This document shows, one piece after another, positions 1 to 7,029 of a stretch of 14,350 bases of DNA. The DNA is from a virus (Duplodnaviria > Heunggongvirae > Uroviricota > Caudoviricetes), in IMG/VR virus record IMGVR_UViG_3300042293_000433; one strand, 5' to 3'. Under the pieces are notes generated by a model, which saw nothing but the letters and a program-made list of their open reading frames with translations, was not told the DNA's origin and searched no databases. Position 1 is the first letter of the stretch. Each line of letters opens with the position of its first letter. A program made the translations under genes and the position numbers.

Positions 1-1012
1 TTATTGCTCTCAATGTATTAGTTGTTACACCCCATACATTGTTTACATATGTGTTTGCTTTTGCTGAAAATTTTGTTTCATCTACATTACCACCAAAGTC
101 AAAATTGAATCGTGCAGTTAGGACTTCTCCGTTTGAGTGAGTTACTGAATTTGTATAAAACTCCGTAAAGGTTGCATCATCGGGGTTAGACCAAGTTCCA
201 TATTCAATTACATAAGCACAACTAAAATGATTTGGTAAGTCATTCCATTGAGAACCACCACCCCATTTAGTTACTGCGTAATCTTCATTACCACTATTAT
301 TTGGTTCACCACCTGCCCAATTATTATATTGACCAGGAATGTTTCCGTTTGTTTGTCCGTTATTTATTTTGATAAGAGTTCCCTTTTCAGGTCCTGCATC
401 TATCGTCCATCTAGCTTCCTCTACTTCATCGGTTAGTGCAAACCAAATATTACCTTGAGGAACATTATTAAAAATAAAAGCATCTTCATCGGCAGAAGTG
501 ATTGTTACTAAATATCCGGTCTGTCCTTTGAATGTAGTTAATAACGATGCTGCTCTTGCATTTGTGTAAGTTGCACCGGTTGTTATTGGTCTATAAAAGT
601 GTCCATTTACTCCATTGTAATAATATCCCGTTGGATTTATAGTTGTGGCTACTGATAAAGCAATATTACCCCTTACTGAACCTGTATTTACTTTTAGGGA
701 TGCTAATGCCGTATTAATATCAGCCATCGTTCCTGTAACCACTAATCGTGTTTTGTTACCACTTAAAGTGAATCCACTTGCGGCAGTTAAACCCGTTGTT
801 GTGTTTAATACGAATGTTGTACCTGATGGTGGATTAACTAAACTGATTGATGCTAATAGTGTTGCAGTAGAACTAAATCCACTCAATACAAATCCACTTG
901 CATCTTGTCCGGTAGTAGATTGTAAAAAAGATTTAGAGTCCGGAGCAGATACACTCTGTCCGAACCCTAAAAATGATATTAAAAGAAATAATGTAACTAA
1001 TAGATGTTTCAT
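1..1012 (-). CDS. Secreted protein with a C-type lectin domain (partial, runs off the left edge; missing from the ORF track)
   Basis: Manual translation from ATG at 1012 (TAATG overlap with the upstream stop) is open for 337 codons to the window edge: MKHLLVTLFLLISFLGFG|QSVSAPDS... (signal peptide), a Thr/Ser/Gly-rich beta region, then NGHFY...GYLVTITSADEDAFI...IWFALTDEVEEARW...YNNWAGGEPNNSGNEDY...QWNDLP...YVIEY. The EPN (299-307) and WND (239-247) motifs are canonical for C-type lectins. Confidence 0.88.
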   Translation of the reverse strand, partial: MKHLLVTLFLLISFLGFGQSVSAPDSKSFLQSTTGQDASGFVLSGFSSTATLLASISLVNPPSGTTFVLNTTTGLTAASGFTLSGNKTRLVVTGTMADINTALASLKVNTGSVRGNIALSVATTINPTGYYYNGVNGHFYRPITTGATYTNARAASLLTTFKGQTGYLVTITSADEDAFIFNNVPQGNIWFALTDEVEEARWTIDAGPEKGTLIKINNGQTNGNIPGQYNNWAGGEPNNSGNEDYAVTKWGGGSQWNDLPNHFSCAYVIEYGTWSNPDDATFTEFYTNSVTHSNGEVLTARFNFDFGGNVDETKFSAKANTYVNNVWGVTTNTLRAI

Positions 1013-2667
1013 TATTCTACTATTAGATTAATTTTTTTACCACTACCATCAACTGCGTCTGCTAGGACTGTATAGAATAAACCTGCCGTATTTGCTAATG
1101 TTTCTTTTGGAGTAAATGTTAATCTATATGGTGTACCTGTTTTAATTCTACCCGTTTTAACCTGGTCCATTGAACCAAATGTTAATCTGCCGGCGTTATT
1201 TGTTGAGAAATTTACAACATTTGCACCCGCATCAAAAGCAACATTATCAAAAGTTAATTTAGTATTATCATATTGTAAAATTACTTCTAAACCCGCCAAT
1301 CCTTCTTTTGTTAAAGTTCCTGTTAATACAACTTTACCATTTGTAATTGTAGAGTTCAAACTTAATTTTGCAGTTTCTATTACTGATGTGTAACTCATAT
1401 TTGCAACTGAAAATGATTTTATTACATTTTCATTACCGATTGAATTTGTATAATTACCCGTACTCACTCTACTTGCAATTGTGTCAGGATGAGATGAATG
1501 TGACCAATCCAAATCTCCACCCCATGCAAATACTGCATCTACCGCTTGTGTTGAGTTAGTTACATATACTCTATTTTTAGGAGTACCATCTAACCAACTT
1601 TGATTTAATAAACCACTATACCATCTTACCGATGTTGATGTTGATTTTGGTATCATTGCAATTGAGTCTGCATTTATACCCATTACATGTGCAAATATAT
1701 TATATGAATCACTTTCACTAAATGTACTTTTACCTATTGTAATTAAACCAACTTTCTTTTCTAATACAGGTCTTGTAAAGTATGTCCCTGCACCAGTAAT
1801 ATCAGTTTGTGAAACACCTAAAAACGCTTTATATGCATCCGATACGGTCACAATGTTATTCATCCAACTCTTTTGAAATGCAGCTCCTACAAATACACCC
1901 AAACTATCACCAACTTTAATACCTGATGTAAATGTTGCTTCACCACTTGCATCCAATACTTTTTGTTGAATTGGTTGTTGTGTCCAATCTATATCACCAC
2001 TACCATCTGATTTCAATTTCATCAATTGTATGCTATGGTCTGTGATTGAGTATCCAGATGGGAATAAAACTCTAACTTTGAATTGAGATGTATTACCACT
2101 TACATTTGATAAAGACATTGTACCTGGGTCAGTTGTAATTGGAGTAATGTATGCACTTGCTGCATCTACTGAATATGCTAAATCCAATTTATGTATGTTG
2201 GTATATTCACCCAAATCTTTGATTACATATTTTTGAGTTGCAATATCTCCGTTGATTGATGCATCGGTTCTTTGTATAGTCAATTGTCCTACATTCCAAT
2301 CCGAATTAGCTGTGTAAGACCAAGGAGATGCTAGATATTGTGCATATAAATTTGTAGCAATTATGTTATTTGCGGTACTTGCTGTAAATCTATAAGATGT
2401 CCAACCGGTATAATATGTTTGAACCGATGTTCCTTGTGAGAATGTGGTTGAAACATATGCCAATGCTTTATTGTTGAATTGATATCTCAACCAAAAATAT
2501 CTTGGTGTAGTTGTACCTCTTGCAACTGTATATTTTACTGAAATTGTGTCACCAACCTTTAAACCTGTTGTAGGTGTTACTGATTGGTTGATTGTTAATT
2601 GTGCGTTTACTGTCAATGTTAATAGGGATAGTATAATTATCCCTAACGTCATAAAGAATTTCTTCAT
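1012..2667 (-). CDS. Secreted 551-aa beta-rich protein with putative cohesin-like domains and a degenerate dockerin-like segment
   Basis: The track ORF starts at TTG 2682, but ATG at 2667, 1 nt after the upstream stop, gives a clean signal peptide MKKFFMTLGIIILSLLTLTVNA|Q. The C-terminal GLAGLEVILQYDNTKLTF...GRLTFGSMD...GTPYRLTF and N-terminal FWLRYQFNNKALAYVS segments resemble cohesin beta-sandwiches. The paired VTVSDAYKAF / FSESDSYNIF helices resemble dockerin repeats. The CDS is secure; the domain calls are pattern-level. Confidence 0.7.
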   Translation of the reverse strand: MKKFFMTLGIIILSLLTLTVNAQLTINQSVTPTTGLKVGDTISVKYTVARGTTTPRYFWLRYQFNNKALAYVSTTFSQGTSVQTYYTGWTSYRFTASTANNIIATNLYAQYLASPWSYTANSDWNVGQLTIQRTDASINGDIATQKYVIKDLGEYTNIHKLDLAYSVDAASAYITPITTDPGTMSLSNVSGNTSQFKVRVLFPSGYSITDHSIQLMKLKSDGSGDIDWTQQPIQQKVLDASGEATFTSGIKVGDSLGVFVGAAFQKSWMNNIVTVSDAYKAFLGVSQTDITGAGTYFTRPVLEKKVGLITIGKSTFSESDSYNIFAHVMGINADSIAMIPKSTSTSVRWYSGLLNQSWLDGTPKNRVYVTNSTQAVDAVFAWGGDLDWSHSSHPDTIASRVSTGNYTNSIGNENVIKSFSVANMSYTSVIETAKLSLNSTITNGKVVLTGTLTKEGLAGLEVILQYDNTKLTFDNVAFDAGANVVNFSTNNAGRLTFGSMDQVKTGRIKTGTPYRLTFTPKETLANTAGLFYTVLADAVDGSGKKINLIVE

Positions 2668-2668
2668 T

Positions 2669-3322
2669 TTATTTTTCCTCAAATAGTTTGGTGATTAGTT
2701 TGTCACAACCTTTTTTAAGTGCATTACTTAAACTTGTTTGATTAAAACCACCACCTTCACCGATAATCAATGTACTCATTGATATTTCTGAGGAGGACTC
2801 TTCTACTATAACTACTTTGTCTTTCTTTCCTTCGGATTTAAGAATGCCACGTAAACGAATTACAACTTCTTCTTCTCCACTATGAAAAACCGATATGTTC
2901 TTTTTTGTTGTAAGAACATCTAAAAATATAATTTGAACTGATACTTTGTTTGGTGCTACCGAAGATAGATTATATCCTTTATCTTGTAGATATTCTTCTA
3001 AAATATTCTTAACACCAAATTCTAATTTACGATTTCCTGCTAACTTACCGATTTTTACTTCGTTTGTTACTGATTCAATTGTTACTTGCTTATCGGCATC
3101 ATACCAAATGTTTTCAGGTGAATTTTTGAATGTACCGTCAATTCTCCATTCAATCCAATTTGCAACATCTCTTGTTATTTCAGTTTTACCTGCTAATTCC
3201 AAGTAGGTCATAGTAGCTGTGAATAACAACGCACATACAACCCATACAAGCGCTAGACTTATAAATCCTAGCGCGATTTTTTCGCCAATAGTTTGGCTTA
3301 AGTTTAATAACTTCGCTTTCAT
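2669..3322 (-). CDS. Membrane-anchored protein, possible CsgG/LptE/TolB-N-like alpha/beta domain
   Basis: 217-aa ORF with a hydrophobic segment (IALGFISLALVWVVCALLFTA). The C-terminal domain has a helix (LEFGVKNILEEYLQDKGY), several beta strands and a closing helix (TSLSNALKKGCDKLI), the layout of that fold class. The fold call is inference. Confidence 0.55.
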   Translation of the reverse strand: MKAKLLNLSQTIGEKIALGFISLALVWVVCALLFTATMTYLELAGKTEITRDVANWIEWRIDGTFKNSPENIWYDADKQVTIESVTNEVKIGKLAGNRKLEFGVKNILEEYLQDKGYNLSSVAPNKVSVQIIFLDVLTTKKNISVFHSGEEEVVIRLRGILKSEGKKDKVVIVEESSSEISMSTLIIGEGGGFNQTSLSNALKKGCDKLITKLFEEK

Positions 3323-3368
3323 ATATTTACCCCTTTATGCTAATAAATATATAAAAGTCTCGTCTAAA

Positions 3369-3854
3369 CTAAATTTTTAATTTTAGTGAGGTTATTAATT
3401 TTTTATCAATACCATATTTTTCACACATACCTTTAATTTGCTCTTTACCTTCTTTGGTTGTGTATAGAATATCTAAGTATTCATTTGCGTGCTTTGTAGA
3501 GCAAGTATATTCTTTAACTACTAATTCAACTACCCAATCTTCATAATCATTTGCTCTCTTACCTTTAATATATTTTAGATAATACTTCTTTGGTGGAATC
3601 ATATCACTAAAGAATTTATAAAAATATTCATTAGGTAGTGATTGAACATATGGTTGTACTTCTGCTATCCACTCTATCCAATCAGGATTCATAGATATAT
3701 ACCTTTGTATAATAAAATTACCAAAGGTCTTTTTATCATCATCAGAAATTTTCTTCCAATATTGTGGGTCTTGATACTCAGTCACAGCAGAGATATGGTC
3801 GAACAAACCTAATCTCTTTACTTCTTTATCCGGATTTTTTTTAATTTTTGTCAT
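3369..3854 (-). CDS. Clamp loader small subunit, T4 gp62-like
   Basis: 161 aa. F-I-I-Q-R-Y-I-S-M...LPNEYFYKFF...IPPKKYYLKYIK...VKEY...ANEYLDIL parallels gp62 (FMVENALSQ...[20 protein letters not shown]...AINYKSIL). It lies close to a clamp-loader ATPase. Confidence 0.75.
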   Translation of the reverse strand: MTKIKKNPDKEVKRLGLFDHISAVTEYQDPQYWKKISDDDKKTFGNFIIQRYISMNPDWIEWIAEVQPYVQSLPNEYFYKFFSDMIPPKKYYLKYIKGKRANDYEDWVVELVVKEYTCSTKHANEYLDILYTTKEGKEQIKGMCEKYGIDKKLITSLKLKI

Positions 3855-4095
3855 CTTCGGGTCTTAGTTCTTTTGGTAATAGGTCTTCAAACACTTCACC
3901 ACATTCAATACATAGATAAATTTCAACAGGAGTGATTTCTGCTTTACCGGTCGAACTTGCTAATGCACTTGATTTTCTAAAGTGTAATCCTGGTGAGAAA
4001 AATTGTCCGCCACATTTGCATTCCATTGCAGTTGTTTTACTTAAATCCGGACCTGCCGAACTTTGTCCTAAATTACTTAAATCCATTGGTTGCAT
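3841..4095 (-). CDS. Small putative Zn-finger/Zn-ribbon protein
   Basis: 84 aa with C26-x-C28 and C62-x-x-C65 (ECKCG...LCIECG). It is packed in-line between GroES and the gp62-like gene. Confidence 0.7.
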   Translation of the reverse strand: MQPMDLSNLGQSSAGPDLSKTTAMECKCGGQFFSPGLHFRKSSALASSTGKAEITPVEIYLCIECGEVFEDLLPKELRPEDDKN

Positions 4096-4106
4096 AACTA
4101 TTTATT

Positions 4107-4415
4107 TTATCTGATTACCATTAATAAATCCATTTCTCTACATAAGAAATAATCTTTATCTCCTAATTTAATTTTTTGTACACTCATTTCACCCATTGGT
4201 AATAATACTTTATCACCTGGTTTTACTGTCATTGGAATTTTAGCCCCACTATGTGTGTAAACACCATCTCCGGTTGAAACTACAACTGCTATTTTATTAT
4301 CACCCGTCTTAACTGAATCTGGGATAATTATTCCACCAATTGTTTTTTCTTTTGATTCAATTGTTACTAATACTCTGTCGCCTAACGGCTTTGCTAATTC
4401 AAAATTCTCTGTCAT
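4107..4415 (-). CDS. groES: Co-chaperonin GroES (Cpn10)
   Basis: KPLGDRVLV, mobile loop KTIGGIIIPD, VVSTGDG, PMTVKPGDKVL and a C-terminal RE.DLL match Cpn10 signatures; 102 aa. Confidence 0.93.
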   Translation of the reverse strand: MTENFELAKPLGDRVLVTIESKEKTIGGIIIPDSVKTGDNKIAVVVSTGDGVYTHSGAKIPMTVKPGDKVLLPMGEMSVQKIKLGDKDYFLCREMDLLMVIR

Positions 4416-4420
4416 AATGT

Positions 4421-5368
4421 TTATTTTATAATGTTAATAATTGCGATGATTGTTGCCATAAAACATATTTCTTTATCTATTACTAAGGCATCTCTAAATT
4501 GTCCTTGTGCTAATTCTAAGATTACATTTGCAGTATTACCCGCTGCATAATCATCTAATCTTTCATATAGTGCCGTATAAAGTTCTGCAAAATCATTCAC
4601 TTTATTATCACCCACTATTTGTCTAATCTGCATATATGCGTTTCTCTTTTCTTCACCACTCGCTAATAAATCTACAATCTTATTTTTAAAATCAGCTTGT
4701 AAGATTGTTTGTTTATCTACCTTTAACTCACCTTTAGATGATTGTAGTTGGCAGGTATTCATAACCCTTCTAATATCAGGATAGAAACTACTAATAATAT
4801 CTGCTACATCTTTAACATCATATCTAATACCTTCTTTATTTAAGATTTCCGTAACATGAACTGCTACTTCTTTCTTTGATGGTGGATTTACTGCAAAAGT
4901 TTGACAACGCGATAAAATTGGTTCGATAATTTTTTCATGATAGTTACAGGTTAAGATAAAACGAGTATGCCTACTGAATGTTTCCATTAAATTACGAAGG
5001 ATTGCCTGTGCATTTGGTGTCATATAATCAAACTCATCTAATATGATAATTTTGAATCCTTTGAACCCTGCTCCACTTGCAAAGTTTTTTACCTTATTTC
5101 TTACCGTCTCAACATTGTTCTCATCTGATGCATTGATTATCATCATATCACATTCAATTGTTTGTGCTATGATTTTAGCCAATGTAGTTTTGCCTGTCCC
5201 AGCTTTACCATATAAAAGTAAATGCGGAACATCATTATTATCTAAATAGGATTGTACTTTCTCTTTAAGAAGGTCATTACCTATATAATCTTTTAGTGTT
5301 TGTGGTCTATATTTTTCTACCCACAATGTGTTTTCCGTTTTTACGGATTCTTTTTCAAAAAAGCTCAT
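4421..5368 (-). CDS. Clamp loader AAA+ ATPase (T4 gp44 / RFC small-subunit-like)
   Basis: LWVEKYRP RFC box, Walker A GKAGTGKT, INASD, Walker B IILDEFD, AQAILR and the SRC arginine-finger motif (LSRC); 315 aa. Confidence 0.95.
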   Translation of the reverse strand: MSFFEKESVKTENTLWVEKYRPQTLKDYIGNDLLKEKVQSYLDNNDVPHLLLYGKAGTGKTTLAKIIAQTIECDMMIINASDENNVETVRNKVKNFASGAGFKGFKIIILDEFDYMTPNAQAILRNLMETFSRHTRFILTCNYHEKIIEPILSRCQTFAVNPPSKKEVAVHVTEILNKEGIRYDVKDVADIISSFYPDIRRVMNTCQLQSSKGELKVDKQTILQADFKNKIVDLLASGEEKRNAYMQIRQIVGDNKVNDFAELYTALYERLDDYAAGNTANVILELAQGQFRDALVIDKEICFMATIIAIINIIK

Positions 5369-6591
5369 TATTTAAAATTTATTTTGTAATCGTTTATTAT
5401 ATTGTCTAAGATACTATTTTCTTCGATATAATCCAAACATTTTTGTCTATTTGTTTCTGCTGCTATTGAACATTTATCTAACATTACATCATATTCATCT
5501 TGTTTCATTTCTGAAATACGGATTATATTCTTTGTTAAATTTCTAACTATAAAATCATGATTTTCCCAAATCTCATCATAATTTATACCTAATTCGGTTT
5601 CATATGTTTCAAATCCAAAGTGTATTAAAAAATCATATGCCACCTTACTACAAATTATAAATGGTTTACCTATCAATAAATTATCAATTGTTTTTTCAGT
5701 AATATTACACCATTCTTTTTCACTCAATCTATATAATCCATTTTGATTAGATTCAAACATAATTTGTATATCGGATGAAAATGTTACATCTATTAGTTTC
5801 ATTGCCCCAATATGTTCTTGTTGACCGGCGACTAATGTAGTAGTTGGTGCTAAACTTTGCTTTAATCTATCTAATAACTTAAATTCATTTTTGTATTGGT
5901 CTAACTTATCTGCGTTATTATATTTTGTTGCAAATTCATACAACTGCTCCATTCTATTTACATAGTAATCGTTTACTCTAAGATTAATATTATCCTTTTG
6001 ATAATTTTGTAATACTTTTAACAACTCAACGCGTTCATCTTTTTGAGGAAAGTTTCTAACTGATAAATCTAATCTATATTCTTTTTTAGTGTTCCTAAAA
6101 ATTTCATTACATTGATAATGCTGTAATACAATTCTATTTGCTATAAATTTTCTTAATATAAATCCAAAATCAAAAAGTTTATTAGGTTCTACAATTCTTA
6201 GTGTAGTGTAAAATATACAATTAGGATTACTTCTAATATAATCTATATTATCAAAAATATTATATGGTTCTAAATTCGCGGTATCGAATATATAGTATTT
6301 ATTATTTGGATTATTTTTAATTGCTTCTGCAATTGTAGATTGTAATCCCATCAAATTTGTAGGAATAATATGATAACCAGGGTCTGATACTAATTCAAAC
6401 TCTCTATCATGAATGAAAGCACTATCTATAAAAAACTCACGTTGTTCGGTATGTAAGTTTTTTCTTAGTTCATCTCCAATTTCATGTGATGGTTCTAATA
6501 CTAAAAATCTATAATATAAATCCCACCATTTTGTATTATAAAATAATGCTCTATTAGTTGCACTATCAAATGGACCATGTAAATAAATCAT
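5368..6591 (-). CDS. Uncharacterised 407-aa protein, possible GT10-like (GT-B) glycosyltransferase
   Basis: The track start 6624 lies inside dUTPase, so ATG 6591 (1 nt after the dUTPase stop) is more likely. The C-terminal IMFES...ITEKTIDNLLIGKPFII resembles the GT10 motif FENS...TEK..NAL..G..P. The CDS is secure; the function is tentative. Confidence 0.5.
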   Translation of the reverse strand: MIYLHGPFDSATNRALFYNTKWWDLYYRFLVLEPSHEIGDELRKNLHTEQREFFIDSAFIHDREFELVSDPGYHIIPTNLMGLQSTIAEAIKNNPNNKYYIFDTANLEPYNIFDNIDYIRSNPNCIFYTTLRIVEPNKLFDFGFILRKFIANRIVLQHYQCNEIFRNTKKEYRLDLSVRNFPQKDERVELLKVLQNYQKDNINLRVNDYYVNRMEQLYEFATKYNNADKLDQYKNEFKLLDRLKQSLAPTTTLVAGQQEHIGAMKLIDVTFSSDIQIMFESNQNGLYRLSEKEWCNITEKTIDNLLIGKPFIICSKVAYDFLIHFGFETYETELGINYDEIWENHDFIVRNLTKNIIRISEMKQDEYDVMLDKCSIAAETNRQKCLDYIEENSILDNIINDYKINFK

Positions 6592-6592
6592 A

Positions 6593-7027
6593 TTATTTTC
6601 CTGTTGAACCGAATCCACCTTCACCTCTTAGTGTATCGGATAATTCTTTTACTTCTAAAAATTGTACTGGTGGATGTGGTATAATCATAAGTTGACAAAC
6701 TCTATCACCAACTTTATAATCATTTTTTTGATTTTCAATTGTTGTTATAATTTTGTTGAATGTGGCTTGCAACTCACCTCTATATCCACTATCAATTACC
6801 CCAACTGAATTACTTAATTGCAATCTAGTTTTTCTAATTGATGAACGAGGAAATACTAATCCTACAAATCCTTCGGGTATTTCCAATGCAACGCCCAATC
6901 CATATGTTATTTGAGTATATGTTTCTGATATAACCGATGTTGCTACTAAATCCATTCCAGCATCACCTTCTTTTGCATAGGTTGGTATTACTGCGTTTTC
7001 ATTTAATTTTTTAATTCGTACTTTCAT
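6593..7027 (-). CDS. dut: Trimeric dUTPase
   Basis: All five motifs are present: AGMDL, PRSS, GVIDSGYRGE, GDRVCQL and RGEGGFGSTG; 144 aa. Confidence 0.97.
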   Translation of the reverse strand: MKVRIKKLNENAVIPTYAKEGDAGMDLVATSVISETYTQITYGLGVALEIPEGFVGLVFPRSSIRKTRLQLSNSVGVIDSGYRGELQATFNKIITTIENQKNDYKVGDRVCQLMIIPHPPVQFLEVKELSDTLRGEGGFGSTGK

Positions 7028-7029
7028 TA

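Noticed and set aside
1-1012. Lectin as a diversity-generating retroelement target
   Set aside because: No reverse transcriptase or template/variable repeat pair is visible in the window, and the domain is internal with canonical Ca motifs. This cannot be excluded for sequence outside the window.
645-1031. 128-aa plus-strand ORF
   Set aside because: It is an antisense shadow of the lectin gene, which has a signal peptide and recognisable motifs; the plus-strand product has none.
2668-2682. Track start MRKNK (TTG 2682) for the 556-aa ORF
   Set aside because: It overlaps the upstream gene; ATG 2667 gives a typical signal peptide and a 1-nt gap.
3331-3357. Possible terminator hairpin (ctttat...ataaaag)
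   Set aside because: The stem is short, imperfect and AT-only, as expected by chance at this composition.
6592-6624. Track start MKVDS for the 418-aa ORF
   Set aside because: It lies within the conserved dUTPase C-terminal motif; ATG 6591 fits the coupling pattern.
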